The position numbers and the translations under genes were made by a program. Source: Pseudovirgaria hyperparasitica (taxonomy: Eukaryota). From it: DNA of 64,000 nt. The stretch lies in NCBI GenBank assembly GCA_010093815.1, contig ML996573.1; one strand, 5' to 3'. Below are positions 51,925-64,000 of this stretch, in pieces (positions within the stretch are counted from its first letter, which is position 1; every line of letters begins with the position of its first letter). The notes below the pieces were generated by a model that had not been told where the DNA came from, made no database searches, and saw only the letters and a list, made by a program, of their open reading frames with translations.

Positions 51925-53892
51925 ATGTTTCGCCGCCTTGAAGATGGCCTGGTCAAGGATCATCCTGACCCGCATTGGCCTGATGATATGAACAAACTTG
52001 GGTATGTACAAACTCAGATCTGGACTGTGGCTTGCTTACTGACATGTGATTCCAGATGCTTCATCACTGAGGATGGCCTCCTGCGAAGGAAGGACAAACC
52101 TGATCAGAGGTTTGATTACTGGGTCACAAACCACGAGCGTTACAATGAAGTCCATCGCGAGGCAATGCAGAGTAGTGACAAGCCAATTTTGACAGATTCA
52201 GGCTAATTTGGACTAGAATGCATTCGCCGTGAAATTGACTCTCGAATGGCACAGCTTGGTATCGAGAAGCTGTACATGCCACAACTCATCTACGAAGAGC
52301 CTCGGGACGAGCCCCATATACCAATCTATGCACCGCCGGTGGAGATATTGAGAGCGAGGAAGCGAGTGATCATACTCATCAACGATGATTTTCAAGATCT
52401 TGGAGTGCTAGCATACCGCCATCTCTACGAACAGGGAGGTTTTGAGCATGGCTCCTGCGTAAGCACTGTCAAGGACCTCATTGCAAGATCTCCGCCTCTA
52501 GGTGTTGACGGCGATGTTAACCCTGAGACTGCAGCTCAAAGCCGCGGTGCACCGGCTTTGATTGTCTTGAATCCGGGTCAGCTGCGCTATTCGCACAAAT
52601 ATAACTGTGCTATGACGCGTATTTCGTGGCTGGCGATGCCGCGAAAATCGATTGCCCATCCTGCAACGGCCTTCGATGGAGACGAGAACACCGTACCGGG
52701 CCATCGGACCATAGAAGATCACATAAAGACAGTATTTGAGCAAGTCGTTGGCGACACTCGATTCGTTTCTCCAGAAGCTGAGGTATATGTAATTGCAGTC
52801 AGCGAAGGAGCTCGTGCGACCCTTGACATTCTTGACGAAAACTGGCCAAAGTACTCTCAAAGATTGACTGGTCTAGCTCTCATGGACCCTCCCGGCAATT
52901 ACAAAGTTTGGGACGTGAACTTTAGGTCGTTCCTCAAGTACAGAACCCGTGCTTGGATCAAGTCTGAAAGGTCATCTAATACTCTCTTGGAGACTCATTT
53001 CACGGCCCTACCCGATAACTTTAAGGTGTATGACATCGCCAACGCCGACCAAGAGCATTATCCACCCGAAGAGAACCGGTCCGGAGTTCCCTTAGTCAAG
53101 CATGAAACCAACTGGCTCGAAAATGTTACGCAAGGCGTCTCCCGTCAACAGATCAAAGAGATCATTGGCTTCAACGATACGAAAGCTTACCTTGACCACG
53201 TCAAGAATATTGGTGCAGAAAGCGTCCTCACCAGCGCTGGAAATAGTATGATAAACCTGCCTAAAGCTGCGGCATCGGCCCAGAGTTCCACAAGCGGTCA
53301 TGCTTCAAAGATTGTACAGTCTGCAACGGCTGAGACAGGTGCAAACGCAAAGAATCTTGAATCACGCATTGATCAGCTCGTCAAAGACAGCTTCAGTCAA
53401 GCCCTCTACCCTACTTTTTCCGGAGGAGATCCTGTCATAGCAGAAATGTTATTCCCGCAGGTGAAGGGATCTGTACTTGATTTCTTCGAAGAGATCGCCC
53501 AAGACCCGACGGCGTATCGTAATCCTGAATTTGCCCTTACACCTAGAACTGCTGCAGCCGAGATAGCAGATGCTGTCGACGCATTGGACCTGATGGATCC
53601 TGACGAAGCAGGAAGACTCTATGACGGAGATACACCCCTTCAGCTCGATGGCGCTACCTCTGAGGTTCAGAAAGTGCCTTTTGCTGGGACAATGGTTGAC
53701 TCGCAGCTGTTGAACAAAGCAGGCTTGAGTGATGTCAGCCGTGAGAGGAGCACCAGCGTAACACTTGTCAATACCGACTGTGTCGAGCAATGTCATGAGC
53801 AAGAGAGCGAGGCCAAGGTTGGGAAGCTTGGAGAATGCAAGGGCGGTGATGATAAGTCAGGTCAGGATCTCAGAAAGGACTCTGGGGCGTGA
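51925..53892 (+). CDS. arb2: Arb2-domain protein (Argonaute siRNA chaperone subunit-like)
   Basis: MFRRL..DMNKLG|CFI..FDYWVTNHERYNEVHREAM, KRVIILIND..QDLGVLAYR, LIVLNPGQL, EDHIKTVFE. Two introns. Confidence 0.8.
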
Positions 53893-54179
53893 GCACCATA
53901 TGATGTCCTACCCTTCGCCGCCCAATAATCTCGACCAGACCGTAGTTTCATGGGCATACTAAAGAACTCAAATGATAAGAATAATTATAAAACGCCTCAT
54001 AGCTTAAGATGAGTTATTATTCTCATAGATAGTGATGAGTTAATAATTCAAGAATAACGAGCCGACACTTGCGCGATTTATACGTTCGTAGTGACCTGAC
54101 TCTCTAGGTATATATACCCCCCCTTAATTAGCATTAAGCTCGTAGTATCAGCCTTATAATATACTTCTTCCTAGGCACT

Positions 54180-54788
54180 ATGTTCTTCCTTCTACCCTCT
54201 CTTGCGCTTCTTACAGCACTCTTTACTTCTTCTCTAGCGGAATTTGATTATGCCTTTCATCCATCGTGTGGGCAGTATCGTTCAATCCGTTCTCATGCCG
54301 AGGAAGCTATAACAGCGGCGACTCTAGCCATGAGGGTTTTACAAAACTTCGACCAGCTCGACGACGACGACGTCCGTAGAATATATTTTGAGCTAGATAT
54401 CGTCAGAGACACCGGGCGACCTGATATGGAGGTTCGAAACGTATTCATTCGAGCGTATGATGTAGTCAGGATGTATGGAGAGATGCCACCCGAGGACAGC
54501 GCGAGGAACTGGCGAAGCGCAGAGCTTCTTATCTTCTGCGATGATGAACGCTGGATACGGGAGAGCAGAACAAAATGGCATGATACTGTGACTGGTCTGG
54601 ATATAAACACTTGGCCGGATTGTCATGAGGATACAATTTTCCCTGGACGGGAGACATATGTGATGTACGGGCCGCATAACAACAATCGTGCGAGCCGATC
54701 AGCCTCATGGTGCGGACAGCAATGGCCCTCAACAGGCTACAAACTCATCGCCAAAAAAAAAGGTCGGGAAGAACTGGAACCTCGATAG
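54180..54788 (+). CDS. Secreted protein of unknown function; 3' end probably eroded
   Basis: Signal-peptide-like MFFLLPSLALLTALFTSSLA, four Cys and an upstream TATATA. An A9 run at 54753-54761 precedes the stop, followed by AT-rich DNA. Confidence 0.6.
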   Translation: MFFLLPSLALLTALFTSSLAEFDYAFHPSCGQYRSIRSHAEEAITAATLAMRVLQNFDQLDDDDVRRIYFELDIVRDTGRPDMEVRNVFIRAYDVVRMYGEMPPEDSARNWRSAELLIFCDDERWIRESRTKWHDTVTGLDINTWPDCHEDTIFPGRETYVMYGPHNNNRASRSASWCGQQWPSTGYKLIAKKKGREELEPR

Positions 54789-54789
54789 G

Positions 54790-55450
54790 GACTACTTCTA
54801 TAGAAAGTACATAAGCCCTTCATTACTAAGTATGTTTTTAGACATGCCGCGTACTCAGTGTAAGTTCTTGAACTTTTCTCTTTCTTTTATGTTTATGCTT
54901 ATAATGGTACCGTGTATACTAACAGAGTAAAAGCTGTCATACCACATGAACCTGGTCGTGATGGTGGTCTAGTACGGGTTTTTGACTATGATATGGATCA
55001 ATTTGGTAGGTCTTTAATAATGTAAGAAGGCGAGCAATAACTAAAGTCGTACAGCAAGATTTGCCCTTCTCATCCTTGTTTTACAGAAAAACCCTGGGTA
55101 TAACCCAAATCCGTCGTTTTTCGAATAGTCTACAAGAGACGGATTAAGTATATAACGCACCTCCGATTCGGACAGTGACATAGACTTAGACGATACTCTA
55201 TGAGTCACTTAGAGGCAGATAGCGAAAGGTAGTAACGCAAATGGAAATAGAAGAAGAAAGCATACACTATAAGGAAGAGTCATAATTCGAGAATTCCGTA
55301 GTCGTAAGTAACATAGATGGGTTCTTCTCTAAGATATCTACTATTACATAGTATTCTTAGAATAACTTACTTATCTACTCTTATATTGTTATTTGTATAT
55401 ACTTAAGAACTTTCTAGAGTCTTGACTCTAGAGTTATCAAGTTGTGTGAT
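54790..55450. other. AT/TpA-rich, RIP-like degenerate island
   Basis: Sharp drop in GC with abundant TA, TAG and CTA, and no intact ORF. Confidence 0.6.
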
Positions 55451-56160
55451 ATATGATATGGATTTGGATGCGTGCGCTCGGTAAAGGCTTGGTCCACATT
55501 AAGTGCTATTGCTGTTGATGCGTATTGGTAGCCAGTGTCAGATGAGCCAGCCGTCGCGTGCAATGTAGATAACGCGCGAGACGCGGGAAGATACTGGCAG
55601 AAGAAATACGAACGAGTGAAATGGTAAAGTCCGCACGTAGTGAGGCCATTGGTCGGGCACTGGTCGCGGCGGCGGCTAAAAAGAATGAATGGACGGCTCC
55701 GAAAGAGGCGAAGCTCCTCGTGGTTACAAGCTGTATCAAACGTGTTTGAGCAGGACGGTCGACCTCACATTTGAGTCTGCTGCTGCCTTGGATTTGCTAC
55801 ACTACCATCCCACGAATTTGCCTTCTTTCGACTGTGTTGCAGTTTGGTCGTGCGTTGAAAAGGGTGCTGAAAGAGCTTACTTTGGCTTGGTCGATCGCTT
55901 GTCCGGCCTAATTATTAACTTCGAGATACGCTCCACCAAGTCTGTGCTGGACACTGCTCTCTTAACAACCAACAACATCAACATCAACAACCTCACTTCC
56001 ACCACAAAACTATACGATTCACTACACGTACCCGACTTTAAATCCCTCTTCTCTCTCGAGATTTCACGTCAATATAAACGTTGGCAAGCCGCCTTACCGC
56101 TACTAATACTTGGCCCTCCTTTCTTCACTCACCGACACGCCGCAGTTTCGCGCATATTCC

Positions 56161-56250
56161 GCAAGTCTAAGTTAATTCTCGTCATCAGTCAGTAGTCAAG
56201 ATCTAGCAAGAAACTGCAATGCGACTGCAAGCTAATTCTCTCTCTATCAG
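56161..56250 (+). other. Putative GC-AG 5'-UTR intron of rac1
   Basis: GCAAGT donor, GCTAAT branch site at 56231, pyrimidine tract and TATCAG acceptor. Confidence 0.5.
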
Positions 56251-56333
56251 CATAATATTACTGCAATCTCACCGAACCTGTGCGACCGCAAACGCTCTAT
56301 ACCCACGCAACACTACTTGATATTCTTGGAAAG

Positions 56334-57222
56334 ATGGCCTCAGCTCCCGCAACACAGTCCTTGAAGGTATGCAAGAGAGACAGGCTATATACTATCTCGG
56401 AAGATCTGTACTAACTATAGCTTGCAGTGCGTCGTCACTGGAGATGGTGCTGTAGGCAAGGTCAGTACACCGCTGCAAGTTTCTTGAAGCAATAGTTAAC
56501 TAATTCCGAACTAGACGTGCTTGCTCATCTCTTACACAACGAACGCTTTCCCTGGAGAATACATCCCTACCGTGTATGCGATCATTCCCGTCGATCGAGA
56601 CAATGCGGACGCTAACTTTGGAGCAAAGCTTTGACAATTACTCTGCTAATGTAATGGTCGACGGAAAGCCCATTAGCCTTGGACTGTGGGATACTGCCGG
56701 CCAGGAAGATTACGATAGACTGCGTCCTTTGTCGTATCCCCAGACCGATGTCTTCTTGATCTGCTTCTCAATCGTCAGCCCACCCTCTTTTGACAACGTC
56801 AAGGCGAAAGTAAGTCAATCGATGAAATACCATCACAAATCAGTCCTGACTCCTGCATAGTGGTACCCAGAGATCGAGCATCATGCACCCAATGTCCCAA
56901 TCATACTCGTCGGTACGAAGTTGGATTTACGAGATGACGAGGCCACCCGTGAGAGCCTGCGCCAGAAAAAGATGGCACCTATCCAGTACGAGCAGGCCGT
57001 TATGGTTGCGAAGGAGATCAAGGCGCAGAAATACCTCGAGTGCTCAGCATTGACCCAACGTAACCTCAAGAGCGTGTTTGACGAAGCTATCAGGTCTGAA
57101 TTCACTCTCGTATCGTTGTATCGTTTACACTGGAACCTGCTAACCATTCCTCGTACAGAGCGGTCCTTAGCCCACGTCCAGCCATTGGCTACAAGAAGAA
57201 ATCAAAGTGTGTTGTGCTGTAA
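56334..57222 (+). CDS. rac1: Rho-family GTPase Rac1/RacA
   Basis: [56 protein letters not shown], and C-terminal KKKSKCVVL (CAAX). Five introns. Confidence 0.97.
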
Positions 57223-57861
57223 ATGATGTGACAGGCGATATGAAGATCAATTTTAGACGCAACATTCCAAGAGCTATGCCATACTTCGACCGAATGAAGC
57301 TGTTTGATGACCTTAATACCATACTTTTCACCGGCGGCGTTACTTGCGATTCAGAAATGCGACACTACAACTCTCACCTCGCGCCGTAGGCGTTGCGTGA
57401 AGGATGCACTGCCTGAGACTGTACCATGCGCGGTGTCAATGGCCCCGCCTCCATGGAATTTTTTCTGAGTACCAGCATTTTTCGCACATTGGCAGTTCGA
57501 ATTTCTCGCAGTCTTGGCAGAAACCTCTGACTTTTCTCCTTCACTGTCATTTGTCTTTAAGGCATTCTCCCAGAGATCCATCTGATACTTTGCGGGAATG
57601 TGGTTTGTGATACCTGGTGACAGTTGTAGATAGCGTAGAGCAATCATCTTAATGTTTCATCTCTGTCTCTTCATTGTGCTCCTCCTACATACGCTCGGAT
57701 TCACTAAATAGTGCGTGATCATCTACCCCTGCGACGTACTTTAGATAAACTTGTGACTGAGGTCATCGTCGTTGTACCCTGTTAGTCCTAATCATGGATT
57801 ACCACTGTGATAGCGTTTGCTGCCGGTGTCCAAGCTATACGATTTAGCTGTCTGAATCCTA

Positions 57862-58281
57862 CCCACTCTAAGCACTTGAGCACAAGTGTCGTTACTCTGC
57901 TTTAAGCTATAGCTCTTCATACACACATACTCTATCATCATACACATGAATACAAATATGTAAAAAGATCTAAAGAGAGGAAGATGAAAGTATCTTATGA
58001 TGGAAAGTGATTCTTCAAAAGATAGTCTATATGAATATATACAACTATTTATAGAATCTATTTCTACTCTCTTTACTCTCTTACTCAAGTTTTTTCCGTT
58101 TCAAGAAATAACTCTTTATATAATACACTAATCAAAGAACTTCGATTTACTATACTTGATTTATCATCTTATTATACTATCTATATAAGTCTATATAAAT
58201 ATTATAATATATATAGTCTAAAGATAGAGAAACTTAATGGAATAGAGAAGAGAGAGTGACTATAATATATACTAAGAGTGG
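57862..58281. mobile_element. AT-rich RIP-like relic, possibly a MITE-sized TIR element
   Basis: Very TpA-rich core bounded by TA|CCCACTCTAAG ... CTAAGAGTGG|TA (imperfect inverted ends). Confidence 0.4.
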
Positions 58282-58418
58282 TAGAATTTGTTAGGCATCC
58301 ATTGTCCATTATATTTGTTGCCTTGTTGCCTATCCGCCCCACCAGAAATCCAACAACAGAAACGCATGTCGCAGGCACTTTCGCCGCGGTACTCACATGT
58401 ATTCCTCAAGCGTACGCT

Positions 58419-60293
58419 ATGTTTCATACGGGTGACTTGAACAGCGGCATTACGCTTGCGCTCCAGAGCCGAAAGTCCGTTGCGTGCTTCGTTCGAGGTA
58501 AGGCTTCCGCTTCTACATTATCCCCTGAGCATGGAAGCTCCAAGCTCCGCAGCAGGAAAGCTACCCAGCGTCGTACCACCAGGGTAGACCTGGTCTTTCA
58601 GAGAAGTGTGGGCTAATGGGTAACGGCAGATACGAACGAAGAAAGCCAGAAATGGGAAGAGAGTTGGCTTCAGGACGAGGAGGTATGAGACTGGGTATAC
58701 GCCGTGGCAGCAATAGGAGAGAAAGAGCTAACGAGCGCGTAGCTTGCGAGGTTACTGAGTCAAAGAGCTGTGGTGTTGAGGTTGGAAGAGGGATCTCAGG
58801 AGGCGGGCTTTCTGGGTGCATTTTGCCCGCTCAAGGAGGTTCCGGCTTTGGTGGTCATACAGTATGCTTCATACTATCAGGAAAAGGAAGATATGCTGAT
58901 CTGATTTGGTAGTAATGGACAGTTGAAAGAGCACATCGCGAGTCCGGTCGATGAAGATCAATTCAGAAAGAGGCTGAAGGCGGCGTTGGATCCAGGAGAG
59001 AGCATACCCAATTCCGCGAGTGCACAAGGCCCTACACCCTCGATCACAACACCAGCTTCTACCACTACTCCTACCGCTTCCACCACTACAACAACCCCTA
59101 CCTCCCCGCCCACAACCTCCCCACCATCCCGCACCCCAGAGCAGATCCTCGCCGAGCACCAAGCCCGCGTCGAACACGAACGCATCGCCCGCGAAGCCCG
59201 CCAAAAGCAAGAAGCCGCACAAGCCAAACAACGCGCCCGCGAAGAAGCCGCCGCCCGCCAATCCCAACCACAAATCTCGCCCGCAGAGTCCAGCCGCGCC
59301 AAAGGCAAGCAGAAAGTCGAGCCCCCAGGCCTCTCCGAGCGCGAGCGCCAATCTGCTGAGGCGAAACGCATTCAGCAGACTGCGGCCGAAGAAGCACGCA
59401 AGCATAAGCTTGCGCGCGAGAAGGATCTCGAGCGCGTTCAGGCTCGCTTACGGCAGGACCAAGAAGAGCGGCGTGCGCATCAGCGGGCGCGCGAGCGCGA
59501 GCGCGAGGCTGTGGGTGTGGGTGTAGGTGCGGGTGCGAGTGCAGGTGCAGGGGCAGCGAGGAGCACACCTAGTCCGCGGCCGCAGACGAGTCGGACGACG
59601 AGTGCGGTGGGGAAGAATGTGAGCTTACAGGTCAGACTGTTTGACGGGAGTACGGTGCGGAAGAGTTTCCCGTCGGCGGAGAATCTGACGACAGCCGTGA
59701 GGCCGTGGGTGGATGGGCAATTGGAAGAAGCACCGCCACCGTACACGTTCCGGCATATCCAGGCGCCGCTGCCGAGTCGGGAGATATCGATGTCGGAAGA
59801 GGCGTCGCCGCTGGCTGAGCTGGGGTTGTTCCCGTCTGCTACGCTTGTGCTTGTTCCTGTTGCGGGATACACGAGTGCGTATGCTTCGGGACAGGGCGAT
59901 GGGTATCTGGGTACGGTTCAAAGAGGTACGACGGGGGTGTTTGGGCTGGTTGGTAGTGCAATAGGGGCTGTTGTGGGTACCATGAGGGCTGTACCTGGGC
60001 TTAGGCTTCTTGTGTCGCCCGGCACAGATGGTTCACAGGATGGGAGGGCATCGGCGCCCCAGCAAGGACGTACTATGGACCAGTCGAGTTCAAGTGGTGC
60101 GCAGGGTACGCAAAACAACTCATCTGGTTCTGGACTGAAGATTAGGACATTGGCAGATCAGAGGAGGGAAGCGGGCAGGGATGATACGGAGCTGTATAAT
60201 GGTAACCAGGTCAGTGGACTTTGAGTACACGATGAGTGAGTGCTAACCAGGTCTCAGCTCAACTTTGAGCCCAGAGATGACGACAATAAGTAG
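58419..60293 (+). CDS. UBX-domain Cdc48/p97 adaptor (Ubx7/UBXN4-like)
   Basis: MFHTGDLNSGITLALQ N-terminus, EAGFLGAFCP, a coiled coil, LQVRLFDGSTVRKSF..LGLFPSATLVLVP, and YNGNQ|LNFEP. Four introns. Confidence 0.9.
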
Positions 60294-60554
60294 TCAGTCA
60301 TGCTCGCATAGTCCAGTTTCGTCTTAATAGCACGATATGCGGAGATTAATGCCATATATATGAGCAGAGAGGGTTTATGATTGAGATGCTATGCTTTAGT
60401 GATTTGCCCCCCAACGTACATATTGGAAGACAGCATGCAAGTCGAGTTTTATACACATTTATAAATAACGGCTGTCTTGATTTCCGTACTGTCCGTATGC
60501 ACATGCTTGCTCCATTTCCAACCCCACGCTATCATACACCGTTTGCTACCTTGT

Positions 60555-61161
60555 CTACCACGTCGAGGAGCTGTTGCTAGACGGTCCCTTGAAGCAATTC
60601 ATCAGGGTGTCCATAGGAAACTTGCAAGCTGGCTGGTCGCCCCCGTACGCTGCGGCGCATTCCTTGAACATGCGAAGCTCAGTCGCACACTCGCCATTCT
60701 GTGCCATCTGGTCGAACTGTTGAGCCTGGGCGGGTGAGGCGGCCATCTGCTGAACTTCTTGGGGAGCGGCACTGCTGCTGCCACCGCTGAACCAGCCACC
60801 GACGGCGTGGCCGATGGACGATCCGACTGCTACACCACTGGTACACGTTAGTTATTCTCTTTATAGTATCAGGGGGGTGGAAACGGGGGGTCGAAGGTAG
60901 GGTTTTTCTTCCCCGAAAGTGGCGTTGGTAGGGCAAGAAAGCTACATACGCAGCGGTGGAAGCCATCTGGCCGAAAAGACCTGGGCCAGCGCTCTGCTGG
61001 GCCGCTGGTGCTGGTGGAGGAGGAGCCTGCTGTTGCATCGGGGGGCGAGCAGTGGCGGTAGAGGAGCTGCGAGTTTGCTGCTGCGATGGAGCTGCAGGCC
61101 GGGCTGGCGGAGGGGCCGGGCGACGTGCCGGAGCGGATCTGCCACCACCTTGACGAGGCAT
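60555..61161 (-). CDS. MIX17: Mitochondrial twin-CX9C protein Mix17/Mic17 (CHCHD2/10 family)
   Basis: GPGLFGQMASTAA|GVAVGSSIGHAVGG, and C-ATELRMFKE-C...C-KFPMDTLMN-C. One intron. Confidence 0.92.
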
Positions 61162-62642
61162 TTTTGATATATGTTTGGTGTTTTGGGGGGTTGTTTGTGT
61201 TTTGGATGAGAGTTGAGTTTGAGGTTTGAGAAGAAGAGGTTGTTGATGGACGACTGTAGAAGATGCGAGGTGGCTTGGCGAATCAGAGGTCTGTGCTACA
61301 TTTCACGTAATCAACAGACTAGTACTATAACTCTCTGACCTCACTCCTTTTTATAGTATTGAAGAACATCAGCGTTGGTTCTATGTGCTCAGGCATCGTC
61401 TGCCTTGCTTGCTGGCAATATAACATATCATAGTTGCGCCGCATCATCGAAACCGTATAGCACACGCAGCTCGACAATTATGTAAACCAACTAGCAGACT
61501 CCGAAGATATTGAAATTGTCAATTATATTGACCTTCCTGTTCAAAGCACTCTGTGGTGAACGGCTGGAGAGTCAGTTTGCTGTCTATGAGTCTCCGAACA
61601 GACTATTCATCTTTAAGCCGATCGTCAAAGGGTAGCTTTAGTCGCGTATACAGCAGTAAGTGCCACAATCTAGGATGACTTCAATTACCCTGGTATTTGT
61701 AAATGTCGAGGCTGTGGCTCTGTATACCTCTCTAGTAAGACGTCATATTTTTGCTTGTACTCGATTCTTTCATCATAGGATATGCTGAGCTTGTATATTT
61801 GCAGTGGTCCACCGATGTACTATCGAGAGCTTTGAACGATCGTCATGGCGCTTGAAGTCGAAATAGCGCATCATGTTCAGATGTATCGCTGAAATGGATC
61901 GGGGGCCTGGATTATAACCTTGGAACGCTCTCTAGATCTGGAATAGGCTGGTATATCAAGCTGTATAGTGCACCTGTCCTCAATCTAAGGTTTATATATT
62001 TGGCTATTGATTTCGAATTGTCCGACTATGTCTCAATGCAGTTTGATCTGTTCTCCACAGAACACTTGTCCGATGTATGCACTCATCTTCTCAATCATAC
62101 ACTCTACCAGTATGTCTACGACCAAGAAAGTAAAAGACTGGCACGTGGGAGTCCATGCCAATCGACCGAACGCACCGGAGCACTGTTTGTGCCCCTGATT
62201 TCCAAAGGAGAAGATCTCTATGATCATGAACTTAGGTATGCCGACAGCATAAATCTATGGGAGCGTTTAAGGAGCCTGGGAGCAAACCAGTATAGAAGTC
62301 TATCTATCTGAGTAGTTTCTATAGAGTCGTCTTATGCGAAGAGCTTAGGGCAGGACCAGCAAGATGTAATCCTGCCACATGAGGAAGACATCAGGAGAAA
62401 GCATGTTCGATAATAAATTCGATGTTGCCTGATCCTGAAGAGGAAGAAAGAGGTACTATAATCGCAGCTGCCATATTTTAAATTATCTCGAACATTCCCA
62501 CGGCTGAACTTGTCCTACTTCCCGTAAACACACTTCATGAATCACCGCCGACATCCTTAACATCTCTGACTTCGAACATCCTTATTCATCTCATCCTACG
62601 CAAATCACCTTCTGGGAAAACTACAGGTTTCCCTTCTCTATC

Positions 62643-63755
62643 ATGAAGTCTTCCATCACTCTCGTTCTCGCCGCTCTGCTACACAGCAGTTCAGTAATCG
62701 CTCTGAGTCGATGTGCGACCACAGGCAGCTCAGGTGGCTTGGCTTTGGCCGCACAGATGCGCGAAGATGAGATGTTTGGTCGAGTCAATGACTCCGTAAT
62801 GGACGCAAAAATTACTATTCCGACGGTGTTCCACGTTATTTATGACACTGATGAGCCGTCTTCACCAAATGTGAGTCCTTTTCCGTCCTTGTTCCATCAG
62901 CATTTCTTTGTCTTTCGGGTTTTGTCAACATTTGTGTGCACGGAGCCATTTTGCCTATTCTGCCCTCGAAGTCTTTCTCAATTGGCTCTCCATGTGACCA
63001 TACTAAACCGAAAGTTGATTATTTGACTGTACAGGATAAGCGCCTCAAAGACCAACTGAAGGTCCTGAATGACGAGTACGAGCCCGCGGGATTTTCATTT
63101 GACCTCATCAATACAACGCGAACGAAAAATTCCAGATGGGCCAAATGGTCAGACCGAACTGACCGTGATATGAAAGAAGCCTTGAGGCAGGGTGTCCAAA
63201 ACACTCTTAATGTCTTCTTTGTCCCGTCGATGTCTGTTGGGCTTGGTGGAGGGGTTCTAGGGGTATGTGCTATTCCTTTCACTTCTGTGGCATACGGTCA
63301 AAGGCTAAGGCTCTGATGCAGTATTGCGGGAATATAATTCAATCCCCGGAACTGGACTTGATCGAAGATGGCTGCGTCATCTTGAACTCAGCAATGACTG
63401 GTCCAGGTAGCAAAGCGCCATTCAATGAAGGAAAGACCGCCGTGCATGAAGTAGGCCATTGGCTCGGCCTCTGGCATGTCTTTGATATCACATGCCTCGG
63501 AGCCGGTGACCTGATTGACGACACAACTCCCCAGTCCATGGCAACCCTTGGTTGCAATACGACCCAAGATAGCTGTGAAGGTGGCCTGAAAGACAACATT
63601 CACAACTTTCTTGACTACTCCGATGATGCATGCATGAATGAGTTCACACCTGGTCAGGTGAAGCGGATGCACAGTTGTGAGTACTTCTCTCTGCTGTATG
63701 AGTAGCTTTGCTGACTACTTCAGCATGGGATAAGTTTAGAGCCCAAGATGAATAG
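62643..63755 (+). CDS. Secreted zinc metalloprotease, family M43 (Mep1-like)
   Basis: Signal peptide, TIPTVFHVI, MKEALRQG, GKTAVHEVGHWLGLWHVF, HNFLDYSDDACMNEFTPGQ. Three introns; stop TAG 63753-63755. Confidence 0.94.
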
Positions 63756-64000
63756 ATCGCAAGGTTTCATCGGCAAGAGCCAATTCGGTAGTAGATTAGT
63801 AATGCATTGATACTGTTTGCTCCCGTCTTTTAGCATTTCGAGTGAGCTTGAGATCGCCATGAATGAGGAAGAGGACGGTGTCTTGACACAGGAGACTTTG
63901 GTGTACCAGTATCCATCGGTAGACAAGATATGTACCTCATTGGGTCTCAGGTGTCCGTTCAAGTGTTCCTCCTTTACGGGACAACAGATCTCAAGGACAC

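Noticed and set aside
54032..54099. Box C (GTGATGA) and box D (CTGA) pair; a similar pair lies at about 35733-35804
   Set aside because: There is no convincing terminal stem or correctly placed rRNA guide of 10 nt or more. snoscan would be needed.
55689..56195. 168-codon ORF upstream of rac1
   Set aside because: It has no recognisable motifs, overlaps the probable rac1 promoter and leader, and ends inside the putative intron.
63720..64000. Open minus-strand frame at the right edge overlapping the M43 last exon
   Set aside because: No family is recognisable and it is truncated by the window, so it cannot be supported as a gene.

Overview
Eukaryotic DNA from a filamentous ascomycete (Pezizomycotina; a Dothideomycete is my inference). 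It has short GT-AG introns with CTRAY branch sites and about 26 protein-coding genes. Most are housekeeping or signalling genes: LIP2, POP7, RSM22, casein kinase I, SPC19, ATP18, tea1, KOG1/raptor, C1D, a ketopantoate-reductase-like gene, tandem MET3-MET16, MRP2, arb2, rac1, a UBX gene and MIX17. Accessory genes are an SDR, an FMO-type monooxygenase, an M61-like protein, a DUF6536 membrane protein, fructosamine kinase, a fungal SLATT protein, a GST, a secreted orphan and an M43 protease. The window also holds a decayed transcription factor plus dioxygenase pair, a degenerate tRNA-like element, TpA-rich RIP-like islands and a (CA)n-associated assembly gap. Most notable: (1) the SLATT membrane-effector protein carries 13 in-register 11-residue repeats; (2) the M61/PDZ protein has lost all apparent zinc and catalytic residues; (3) two exact motifs are shared, in the same order, by the MET3 and MET16 upstream regions; (4) a kilobase-scale C/A versus G/T skew oscillation flips at intergenic sites; (5) putative leader introns containing upstream ATGs precede KOG1 and rac1. 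All family calls come from motif recognition by eye, with no database searches. Exon boundaries are manual.
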